Assembly (NCBI GenBank): GCA_013265495.1
Contig: MU058065.1
Coordinates: forward strand, 6,138,302 to 6,202,301
Direction of reading: 5' to 3'
From: Vicugna vicugna
Taxonomy: Eukaryota
Length of the DNA stretch: 64,000 bases
The position numbers and the translations under genes are program-made. Under the pieces are notes generated by a model. That model was given only the letters and a program-made list of their open reading frames with translations. It searched no databases and was not told the DNA's origin. Shown here piece by piece: positions 53,489 to 64,000 of the stretch; positions within the stretch are counted from its first letter, which is position 1; the number at the start of each line of letters is the position of its first letter.

Positions 53489-55010
53489 GTGAGCATGGCC
53501 CCAGCAGCAGTGGGAGGTGGGACAGGGCAGCCTGGCCTCTGCCAAGGCCTGCATACCCTTCTCCTGTCTCCAATGGTCTCAGAAACTTGTCCAGCACCCT
53601 CCCTGGCCATCCCAACCTCCCCACCACCAGCCCCTGGGGCTCTGTACCCGTCAAGGACTCTCTCCTTGGCCACGACACTGGGAGTGAGGAGAATCTGGGG
53701 CTTGGACTACTGGCTCCCATCTGCTCCATCTGAAATTCTCCCCAATCCTCTAACACTCAGGTTTGAAATTCTCCAGCTCCTTCATTTGCCGTGTTTACTG
53801 AGTTCCTGCTGGGGATACAACCACCCACCCCGTGAGCCCCTGCCCTTGGGGATTATCCAGACCTGCAGAGTCGCAGAGCCAGCCCCTTGGCTTAACCCAA
53901 TCCTCAGGGAGTCATAATTCCCAGGCTTCTCCCTTGGAGGCCCCATCTGACTTAAGCACCAGGATGACACAAGGTTTAAAAACACAGATCCTGGAGCCAG
54001 ATGGCCAACTTCCAATTCTGGTTTCTCCTTCGAAGTCTCTTCCCAGCTTCTGTTACCATTGCAGGTTTTTCATCCGTCTGCACTTACCCTCATGCCTCAT
54101 ATTGCTGGAAAGGTGCTACTTTTCGATATTGTGCTTGGGGACGATCTTGCCCCTCCTCCACTAGTTACACTTCTGCTGAAGGGTGACCCTTTCTGAATCC
54201 ATCCTGACTGCTTAGGGTTCCCTTCTCACTGACCACCCCCCCGCCCCTTACCCTTGGCTAATTCCTCCCAGTGGTTTGTGGCCTTTACAGCAGTCCAGCA
54301 GATTCTGGGCCCCTGTGTCCCAAGCCACCTCTGCCCCTCTTCCACCCCGACTCATGCACATGTGCTCATTGCCCCAGCAGGATGGGGCACCTGGCTCAGT
54401 GATTTCAGCCTTGTGTTTTGTCACCAGCTCAGCTCTGGTGCTGGCCACACCTTAGATGCTTTAGGAATGTTTGGCAGCTGGGATTGCTGGGGCTTTCCTT
54501 TCTCAAAGTGGGGTTCCCCTCAGCTACTGGCATGAGAATCATCTAGAAAGCGTTGCTTACCCCAGAGCTTCTAGACCAGGATCTCTGACCATAATTTTTT
54601 CATCTAGTCATCTGTTGATGGACATTTAGGTTGCTTCCATGTCTTTTATTGTAAATAGTGCTGCTATGAATATTGGGGCGCATGTATCTTTTCAAATTAG
54701 AGTTTCCTCCAGATATATTCCCAGTGCAACTGGGTTCTCCAAAGGATGATTTGAGGGCAACCTAAAATGAAAGAACCTTGATGGGGGCAGTCTTAGGGGC
54801 CTGAGTTTCCCAGGGCCTGTTCCTGTGGCCACACCATCTCCCGGTCTGGAGGTCTCTGGGGGATTAAGGCATTTTTTGGTTGCACAGAGGCATCTGCAAT
54901 CTCCTTGGAGACGACTCCACCGAAGCACACAGAGACTTACCTGACTGTATGTATGGGGGAAGGGGGAGTGCATAAATCTGAGCACGGGTCCCTCTTCTCT
55001 CCCATCCCAG

Positions 55011-55256
55011 CTATTTCCTGCAGTGTCCCCCAGTGAACCCTCCTATCGCAGCTTACTCCTGATCAACAAAAGCTCCATGCTGCTGACCTTCAACCTGGCC
55101 CCCAAAAGCAGCTCGGACATCTCCCTGCGGCCCAGCTCAGGCCTCGTGGCCCCTGGGGCCCACCAGATCTTCCTCATCTGTACCTACCCCAAGGGCAATT
55201 CCTGGAAGCAGCACATTTTCTACTTGCAGTTCAATTTTTGCCCCCAGTATCTGAAG
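55011..55256 (+). CDS. CFAP65: CFAP65 coding exon
   Basis: LFPAVSPSEPSYRSLLLINK...FYLQFNFCPQYLK. Confidence 0.93.
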
Positions 55257-55826
55257 GTATGAGGCAGGAGTAGGGGACTGGGTCCCTGGGAGGGGACCAT
55301 CGTCTGGTCCCCCTTTTCAAAGTCACATTCTGGGGCTAGTCTCTAAGGCTAGCCAAGGGGCTGTTCCTCCTCTAGGAAGTGGCATAGCAGGGAGAGGACC
55401 CCTTGGCCACATCTGGGAACAGCTATCCTCAGGGCCCTGCCTGTCTACCATATGGGATCTGGGACAAGAAAAGGGGTATAGATGTCCCAAAGGAAGGAGT
55501 GGGGGCAACACAAGACTCATATCTGCAGGTGGTAGAAGGTGTTTGGGGCCAGGCCAGGGAAAGGGTCCAGGGTGTTGGAACTATGTCTGGCCCATGAAAT
55601 GGTCTGCACATCCTCTCTCAGTCCCTGAGTTCTTTTCAGGAACTATCTCCTGGGCCAGTCATCCATACTCTGCCTTTGACAGAAGCTGCCCATGCCCAGC
55701 TGGCAGAGGGCCTTTTGCTGCTCCCTCCAAGGGGGAAAAGCTGCCCACCTGTGGCTTCCTGGACATCTGGGGGAGCCAGGGCTGCAGGGTAAGTTCAGGG
55801 CACTGTCCTCCCTTCTCTGACCTCAG

Positions 55827-56051
55827 GAGGTGAGCATGCAGAGCCGGGAGGAGCCACTGCAGCTGAAGCTGGACACCAGTAAAAGCGTCTTCTTCAAGCC
55901 CACCTGGGTGGGCTGCTCCTCCACCAGCCTCTTCACCTTCCGCAACCCCTCGCGTCTGCCCCTGGAGTTTGACTGGAGGGTCTCCCAGCAGCACCGAAAG
56001 ATGCTTGCTGTCCAGCCAACCAAGGGGATTATCCAGCCCAATGAGAGCCTT
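55827..56051 (+). CDS. CFAP65: CFAP65 coding exon
   Basis: EVSMQSREEPLQLKLDTSKSVFFKPTWVGCSSTS...GIIQPNESL. Confidence 0.93.
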
Positions 56052-56960
56052 GTGAGTGCCCTGCCACACTGCCAAGGGCTGGAGGGAAGGGTACCCTTCA
56101 TCTTCACCTTCACCATCACCTCTTAGTCATGCCTATCAGGGGTCAGGCTTACTGTATGTACCCTCCCATTTAATTCAGTCATTTCTTCCAGCCTTCCTAC
56201 CTTATGAGTAGATATGATTGTTATCATCATCATACCCCCATAGTGCAAAGCAGAATTGAGACTTAGAGGAGAAAAAAGCCATTTACTAAGACTCTGCATT
56301 AGGAAGTGCAGAACTGGGATTTGCACCAAGGTTTCTAATGTCAGAGCCTGGGGCGAATCCACTCTCCATCCATGGTCCCCAAAGTTGTGAGATCACTGGG
56401 AGGTGGTGTGGAGCAGCTGAAATTGGGGTCAAATGGGTGACTATTATTAAGGAATGAGGAAGAAGACTCCTAGAGACCCCAGCAGTAGGTCCCTAACTAT
56501 CAGACCCTCATCCTTGGTTTAGGGCCTTATAGACTAGTTGGAGAGACAAAACTTGGGCCAAGGCCTACCAGGACACAGTGTCTGTAAGAACCCGGGGTAG
56601 TAATCTGCAAGCTGAGAGACCACGTAGACTCTGGAGTCAGCCTCAAGAGTTCCCACCCCAGCTTCCACCAAGCACCCTCATCAGCTGTGTGTCCTTGGGC
56701 AGGTTACCCCCACTTCTCTGAGTCTCCAGTTTCTCATTAGACAATGAGGCATTAAAATAATACCACTTACCTTGTAAGGATAAAGAATTGAGGGGGTTAG
56801 GGAGAGAACACAATGCATGATGTATATAAGTGCCTGGCACAGGGAAACACTCAGAAAGGGTTACCATAGCTTGAGATGCTGCAGTGGGACCTCAGATGGC
56901 CAAGAGCCTGGGCAGGGGTTCCCAGAGACCCCCATGCAGGGATAACTTCTGTGATCCCAG

Positions 56961-57119
56961 ACGCTGACATGGACCTTCAGCCCTCTGGAGGAGACCAAGT
57001 ACCTGTTCCGAGTGGGGATGTGGGTCTGGGAAGCCGGCCTGCCCCCAGACACCAAGCCCCCTGCCACCACCCGCTACATGCTCCGGCTGGTGGGTGTGGG
57101 CATCACCAGCAGCCTCTCC
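56961..57119 (+). CDS. CFAP65: CFAP65 coding exon
   Basis: TLTWTFSPLEETKYLFRVGMWVWEAGLPPDTKPPATTRYMLRLVGVGITSSLS. Confidence 0.93.
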
Positions 57120-57354
57120 GTGAGTGGGGGGACCCTGGTGGGTGGGAGTGGGGGCCAGGGGTCCAGAGCATAAGTGGGAGGGAAGGCCCTGGGGTATCTG
57201 ACTCCAAGAAGGCAGGCGATGGGAGTCTTCTGGTCCCCCAGCCTGCACCCCTAGACCTGCCCTTCCTTGGGGATTCTGAGGCCAGGAGTGAGGAAACCAG
57301 GGCCATGGGCCTGGGACAGCCCCCAACTCCTGGCTGGCTGACTCTGGCCCTCAG

Positions 57355-57505
57355 GCAAAGGAAAAGGAGCTGGACTTTGGGAACGTGTTGGTGAACAGCA
57401 AGCAGTCCAGGATGCTGGTGCTTCTGAATGATGGCAACTGCACCCTCTATTATCGCCTGCTCCTGGAGCAGAACAGCCCTGAGGTTGTTGGCAACAGCCC
57501 CCTCG
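57355..57505 (+). CDS. CFAP65: CFAP65 coding exon
   Basis: AKEKELDFGNVLVNSKQSRMLVLLNDGNCTLYYRLLLEQNSPEVVGNSPL. Confidence 0.93.
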
Positions 57506-57949
57506 GTACTTAGGCCTGGGCGGGATTGCGGCCGGGAAGCAGGCATTGAGGGGCGCTGGTTAAGACTGGTTAATCAGACCATGGTTTGGGGCAGGCAGAG
57601 CAGGGATTAAAACTTGGTGGTTCCACTTCCTAGATGTGTGGCATTGGTGGGTCCTCTCTGAGCTCAGCTCCCTCATCTGTAAAATGGGGCTACTGGTAGC
57701 TTCTACCTTGAGGGCTACTGGGTGGACAAAGTGCTTAGCAGGTGCCAGTGACACAAAGGTATGTCCCCACTGTCTTGGTCTGGAGAAAGGACTCGACTCC
57801 CTATTTCCTGGCTCAAGGCCTGCTCTCTAACCAGCACCATGCTGGCCGGGGGAGGGTATGTGGGATGGAACAAGAGGAAAGGCCAAGCCTCTCTGGCCTG
57901 CACTGAGGGCCTCCTCTGCCCTTGGCTGGACCCGGTCATCCCTGAGCAG

Positions 57950-58078
57950 CTCTGCAGCTGGACCGCACAGAGGGGAGCATGCCACCCCGCTCTGAGGATA
58001 CCATCTGCCTGACCGCCTGTCCCAAACACCCGTCCCAGTACTCCTGGACCATCAGTTACTCTCTCCTCTCCCACAGAG
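57950..58078 (+). CDS. CFAP65: CFAP65 coding exon
   Basis: ALQLDRTEGSMPPRSEDTICLTACPKHPSQYSWTISYSLLSHR. Confidence 0.92.
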
Positions 58079-58599
58079 GTACCTGGACCACCTGGCCCGA
58101 AGAGTCAGGGCCAGGAAGGAAAGAGGGAGGGCTGTGTGAGCAGGATGTGGGGTGGGAGGATGTTGAGGATCCAGACAGAGCAAGCAGAGTGGGTGTGAGC
58201 ATGCCAGGGTGTGCTTTTGTGTGTCTGGTGTGTATGCCTCATACCAATCACATCTGCCTGTGTGGGTGTCCGTATGTGTGGGCCTGAGCTGTGGAGGACT
58301 CCACGTGAAGAGTTGAGAGCAGTGTTGATTTACTGTGGGAACTTAGACAAATCCTCAGCTGCCCTGGGCCTCAGCTTCCTCTTTCATAAAATGAGGTTGT
58401 TACCAATCTGCTCCAGGGCCGCCTGCTCCAGGAGGCCAGGGCTGCACAGGAGATTGGCTAAGAGTGTGGACTTGAGCCAGATTCCTTGGAACTGGATCCT
58501 GGCCTGAGCACTTCTTAACCATGTAATCTCAGCAAGTTGTTTAACCTCCCCATGCCTCAGTTTCCACATCTGTAAAATGGGAGTAATAAAGGTTAAAAA

Positions 58600-58960
58600 A
58601 AAAGTATTGCTATATGTTACCATCTGGGCAAAACGTGAAAACATTGTGCCAAGTAAAAGGATCTGGCCACAAAAAACCATACATTGTATACTTCCATACA
58701 AGTGTTAGTTTTATGTGAAACATTCAGAATAGGCAAATCTACAGAGAGAGAAAGTAGATTAGTAGTTGCCAGAGGTAGGGAGAGGGGCAAATGGGGAGTG
58801 ACAGCTACTTGGTACTGGATTTCTCTTCCAGGGCATGAAAAATGTTCTAAAATTAGTGGTAATGGTTGCGTAACTCTGCATACACAAAACAAATCACTGA
58901 ATTGTTTGCGTTCGAGGGGTTGATTTTATGGAATATAGATTGTCTCTCAATAAAGCTGCT
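58600..58960 (+). mobile_element. Old L1 (L1M-type) 3' end inserted into a MIR
   Basis: cagaataggcaaatctacagagagagaaagtagattagtagttgccag...ctcaataaagctg. MIR sequence lies at ~58440-58595 and resumes after ~58985. Confidence 0.75.
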
Positions 58961-59226
58961 AGTATTAGTTTGACTGAAAACAAATAACAGTGCACATTCA
59001 ATACAGTGGTTTGTGCAAAGCACTTAGGACAGTACCTGGTATGTAGAAAGTATCAGACAAGATTTGGCTGTTGTTGGAAGCATCCCAGAGCCTGGGGGAC
59101 ATCTGCTGCTCCTGACAAATGTTCCGGGGCAAGTTGCTCTGGACCCCTGCACCCTCAGCCTGTACACCTCGCCCCAAGGGAGCTGGAAGGTGAGCCACTC
59201 CTCTCTCCCACATCCCTTCCCCTCAG

Positions 59227-59440
59227 ATAACAGGGTTGGGGAGAAGCAGGAGCTGTGTCACGTCTCCCTTATGGCTGTGTACCCCCTGCTCTCCATCCTG
59301 GATATCTGCTCCATGGGCAGTGCCAAGGGCATCACCCGGAAGCACCTGTGGCGCCTCTTCTCCCTGAACCTGCTCAACACTTACTTGCAGCAAGACCCCA
59401 CCCCCTGGGAACTCACCTACAAGGTGCCCACCAGGCACAG
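59227..59440 (+). CDS. CFAP65: CFAP65 coding exon
   Basis: DNRVGEKQELCHVSLMAVYPLLSILDICSMGSAKGITRKHLWRLFSL...LTYKVPTRH. Confidence 0.93.
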
Positions 59441-59748
59441 GTGAGGGCCTGGGGGAGAGGCAGGACCTGTCTGGGAATGTCCTTGGAGCTTCCGGCCCAT
59501 GCCCCCAGCACCAGGAGGCCCTATCCAAGAAGGGACACCCCATCTCCTCCCCAGTTCTTGCTCGTTCCCAGAGGGGCCTGGAGAAGGCAAGGATTGACTT
59601 GAGGTCTGAAATGCTGACCCACCCCTGCCCCTGAGTCCCAGATTTTCCAATTCCCACCTGTAGGGAGATGGATGCCAAGCCAGCCACCCCTGGGAGGGCC
59701 CCATCCTGTCCCCAACCCTGTCACTGAAACTTTCTCTTCTTCACACAG

Positions 59749-59877
59749 CACCAGCCAGATCCCCCCTGTTTTCACCCCTCTGAAGCTCAACTTCAATTTT
59801 GGGGCAGCACCGGTAGATGCCCCACCCTCTGTGGTGCTCCTGGCCCTGAAGAACAGCGGAGTGGTACCCCTCGACTG
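59749..59877 (+). CDS. CFAP65: CFAP65 coding exon
   Basis: STSQIPPVFTPLKLNFNFGAAPVDAPPSVVLLALKNSGVVPLDW. Confidence 0.93.
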
Positions 59878-62479
59878 GTATGGGGGTGTGGTGCTGGGAG
59901 GCCCAGAAGACAGGTGTTAGAAGATTTCTCTTGCTGGTGGTGGGCCTAATTGCCCGGTGTCTGAAGTGTGTCCCCACCCCATTGATGGGATGTGGAGGCC
60001 AGGGTGGGACTGGGGTCACCCAGCAGGACCTGTCACTCGCTGAGATGCATCCATAGGCTTAGAAGTGGTGGATCACCCTGGTGGAGACGGGCAGAGTCAT
60101 CCTAAGGGCTTAATGAATGAGAAGTAGCCATTGCACATCTGCTGCACGCTAGCCACTGTGCTTTACGAGCCTTTTCTCCTCCAAGCCCCCACCAACCCTG
60201 GGGAGAAAAATCCTCCTCTGCTGATAATTTCACAGGTGGGAGGCTAAGGACTCAGGCAAGAGCACTCAGCCATTAGAGGTAGAGCTGGGTTCACATCCAG
60301 ATTTGTCCAACTTCAGACCCCCTGCCTACACCAATTAGCAAGAAGGCTTCAAGGTACCCCTGACAGAGCCCCAGCCCAGCAGGGGCCAGGTCTGCATGGG
60401 GGCGAGCTGAGGGTCTCTGGCAGGGAAGGACTGGGCTCTGCTGTCACAGTGCCAGTGTCAGGTAGATGACAAGGCTGACCAAAGCTGCGAGGGGCTGCAA
60501 GAAGTGTGGAGGCTGGCCAGAGGGCAGGCTGCACTCCCCCAGTCACGTGGATCCCAAGCTTGGAGACCTGGGCCCGCAAGCTGGGCCTTTCCTGTGCTTG
60601 GCTTTCCTCCCAGTGGGACCCCAAACTGGTGCCCAGTAAGCATCCTGTTTCCATGCCACGCCCCTTGGTTTCCTAGTAAACTTCCTTTTGATGACTTCCA
60701 ACTTTGCTTGGCTAGACGGAGGTGAGGAAGAAGGGTCCCCATCTGGGTCAGGCTTGGGAAAGAGAGCCAGGAGCCCGGCCTGGACATGGCAGTGGGCGGA
60801 TGAGAGTAAAATAGGCAGGCAGGCACATCTGTGATCTCAGTAACCTTCCTACCTGAGCCAATGCTTGTGACGTGTGAGGGTGGCTGGGGCGGGGGCTGCA
60901 TCGTCAGGGATACAATGGCTGCCACTTACTCTCCAGGTTGTCCTGCCCTTCCCTGTGGTGGAGGATGCTGGAGGGGCTGGCTTACTAGGCAGCTCCTGTC
61001 TGAGAAGGGCAGGGACTGTGAGTAACTGAGGGCTCCTGGCCCTGAGTGACTGGGAAGCTTGGCAGGCAGTGGCCTGGAAGGGAAGGCGCAGGGCCCGCCT
61101 TGAGCTCTGGATCTGCCATTCACTGGGCTGTTTGAGTGGCTGGGAGCCAGGTCCTACAGGGCTCAAGAGTAGGGGCAGGAAAAGCGGCATTGGCCTGTGT
61201 CCTGGCCTGGAACAGCGTATTTTGGTGTTGTGTGTGCTTGTGTGTTTGTATAGGAGCAAGCCAGCTCACGCTGTCTGTGGAGAGGGTCCAGTTTGCTGGA
61301 AACCGGGGCGGGAGGAAAGCCAGGCAGAGTGCCCAGTGAGCTGGGCCTGTCCACCAGGAGATCATTTGAGGTTCAGGAAGGCAGTCCGTGCTTCTTCCCG
61401 GATTCCAAACACAGGGAACCTTCCTTGGAAGGCCTGACTCTCCTAGGCTTTTTGTGTTGTTGTGTTTCCTTTCAATTTCTTAGAAGGCTATTTTTGAAAA
61501 TTCTAGTTGGTCTCTGCTGAACTCATAAAGAACAGACTGAAGGTTTTATTCCTGCCAAGACCAGTAAGAACCAGGGAGTGTGGACTTGGCCTGGAGGCAG
61601 CAGCAGGCAGGACGGAGAACCCCAAGTGAGGGGGGAGTGCATCACTGGACCTGGGAGTTGTACCGCTGCTCCATCCCCTCCAAGCCTCCTCTGATGCCTC
61701 TGCCTTGGCCCAGGGAAATGCAGGGCCATGCATTTAAGGCATGATCCCTCACAGGCATCGGAAACGCTGGTTAACGTCACCTTTCTCTCATGCACTCATT
61801 AAGTCATTGACTACATATGGACTGGGGGCTTCCTAGATGCAGACCCCAGAACCACTCTTCAGAACAGAAATACAGGCGAGCCCAGGCCCTGTCCTCCAGG
61901 TGGGGCATAGCAGACTTTTGGTGCAGGGTGACGTGTGCTGTGAAAGACGCATATGCAGCATCTCTGTTTTAGAAGTGGTGGCGGGAGGGGGCATGTCAGA
62001 AAGGCTCTCTGGAGGCAGATACAGCTGAGCTAGACCTTCATCCCAAGAAGAAGAGGCAGAGAGGCTGCAAAGGCGCTGACATGGGTAAGAGAAAAGGGCA
62101 TAGCTTGGCTGCAGCGTTGATGAGGTGGGCAGGAGCCGAGACATGCAGGGCCCTGGACTTTTCCTTCTGAGAGTTTGGACTTCTTTCTTAGGGCCTCAAC
62201 GGGATGTAAGCTGGGATGGGGGCAAAGACATGATCTACTTTCGAGATCTGTACTCTGGTCTGGATTGGAGCCATGGGTGTGGAGAGAGGATTAGTGGCTG
62301 GAGGCAGGGGGATAGGTTGGGAGGCTTCTGCAGTCCCCTGATGGGGGCCCACATCGGAGGACTGGCAGGGAAGAGGAGGGGGCTGGGATTATTTGGAGGT
62401 AGACTGGGTGAGGGTGGCCAGGGTAACAGAAGTGTTGAAACTATCCAGACTACCCCAAAGCAGCAAGATCTCATTTTAT

Positions 62480-63385
62480 TGCTGATCAGATAAAAAGTGC
62501 TTTATTCACTTGTAACAAGTCAAACAATACCAGGGTAATGGAAGAAGAGTACAAAACTCCCCAGCTCCTTCTTCCTTCTTCAGTCTTGACACATGCATGC
62601 TTCCTCTCTCACCCTCATACAAGGCTCAGACACATGGATACAGCTACAGGGTTATTCTGTTTCTATTTCCCTTTCTTTTTCTTTTTCTTTTTTACCATAA
62701 TGGCATGATATTATACATATTACACTCTGCTCAGCATCTTGACAATAACATTTTCACGCAACATCGTGTCAATAACACTCCCTTCAGATCAATAGTGATT
62801 GGAACGTATAGATCTAACCTATTCTTTGTAACAGCTACATGTAACATACTCCATGATTTGAATGGCCCTTACTTTTTTGGGGTTTTTGGGGCCCTTATAT
62901 TTTTAAACCACTCCTTTATTAGATGACATGGGTTGTTCCCAGTGCTTTTTATTTTTTATTTTTGCCACTATGAAGGAAGTTGTAGTAAACATCCTTGTGG
63001 GAGTGTGTGTGTGCATGCATGCACACAGACACATGCATCCACATGCATACATTTATTCCTGCAGCTTACTTCCCCAATATATGATTTCTGAGTCAAAGGG
63101 CATTTTTTTTTAAATCTGTGTACTTTTTATTCTAATAGATGCTGTCAAAATTCCTCCAACAAAAGGTGGTAGCAATTCCTTCTCTCCCTACCTATGTTCA
63201 AGGGTGTCTGTTCTTTCTAAACTTATCTGTATTGGATGTAACTATTTTTCACAATTCAGATGTGAAAATATTTAAGATTGATTTGAGGGGGTTCTGATTT
63301 TCATTTCCCCAATTCTCACTGAGTCTTTTTAGATGTGTTTATCATTATCTTTTTCCCTTCTGGCTGTTCCCTGTTCATATCCTCT
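62480..63385 (-). mobile_element. Degraded old L1 fragment
   Basis: tagatgacatgggttgttcccagtg...ctgagtcaaagggc...tgtcaaaattcctccaacaaaaggtggtagcaatt..., antisense L1-type phrases. Confidence 0.6.
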
Positions 63386-63977
63386 GCTGAGTTTGAGGCC
63401 AGTTCTGTGCCAACACTCTGAGAGTGGAGAGATCCTCCTTTCCAGATTTATACCTTGGGACCCCTGTGTCACTTGTTTGGGCACTATTTAGCATACAGTA
63501 TCTGCTTTACTACAGCACCAGACATTGCACTAATTCTGTGCCCATCCTTGCTTTGGACTCAGGAGTGCCAGCCCTGGACACCCTCCTCTGAGGGCGAATG
63601 GGGCTGGTTGGTGCCACTGGCATTCCTAGACTTTCTCAAGCTCTTCCTAAGAGCTTTGTCTCACAAACCCTTCCAGGATCAGTGCCCAGCTTAAAGTGAC
63701 CCACATATACAAACAGCCCCTCAACCCCTGGCACTCACAAAGGGAGCCTCAATCTCCACTTTCCATTGAGTCACCAGAACCCTGCTTCTGTTCCTGGGGT
63801 TGGGGGCTGTTACGAGAATCTGCAACTGTCGTATTTGCTCAGCCATGCTTGGGACAGCTTGCGGATGAGTAGGGGAGGTATGAAGGAAATCTCCATCCAT
63901 CCCTTCAGAGACTCAGAGCCTTGCTTCTGTTCTGACTGAAAAGCTCCACCCCCTTCTGCTTTGCACTCTGCTTCCAG

Positions 63978-64000
63978 GGCCTTACTCTTCCCAAGTGACC
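63978..64000 (+). CDS. CFAP65: CFAP65 coding exon, truncated by the window edge
   Basis: cttccag|G GCC TTA CTC TTC CCA AGT GAC gives (W)ALLFPSD, phase-compatible with the previous exon. Confidence 0.85.

Noticed and set aside
53030..53917. 295-aa plus-strand ORF
   Set aside because: Only 53351-53488 is a CFAP65 exon; the rest is intronic read-through in the same frame.

Overview
Mammalian genomic DNA, most likely a camelid, judged from two tRNA-derived SINEs of the vic-1 type. It carries the conserved gene block NHEJ1 - IHH - CFAP65, all on the + strand. The window holds the end of a long NHEJ1 intron and the last three NHEJ1 (XLF) coding exons (10206-11554). It holds the complete three-exon Indian hedgehog gene (CDS 23773-29118, 410 aa, CpG-island promoter, polyA signal at 29872). 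It also holds the promoter and about 22 exons of CFAP65/CCDC108, which runs off the right edge. Exon boundaries were read from GT-AG sites, and phases were checked to be compatible. The rest is ordinary mammalian repeat content (MIR, L2, L1, hAT and Tigger MITEs, ERVL/MaLR LTRs). I see no support for a new gene system. The most unusual items are: (1) a 179-bp, about 91% identical inverted duplication whose second copy sits in an AT-rich insert that splits a MIR in the NHEJ1 intron; (2) a frame-disrupted CFAP65 N-terminus with a TAATG stop/start overlap; (3) a CFAP65 exon that begins with a 5' splice site (CAG|GTAAGC); (4) an IHH uORF; and (5) candidate HOX13/CDX, RUNX, SOX, RFX and CTCF regulatory elements. 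Comparisons with human and mouse sequences are from memory and need alignment.
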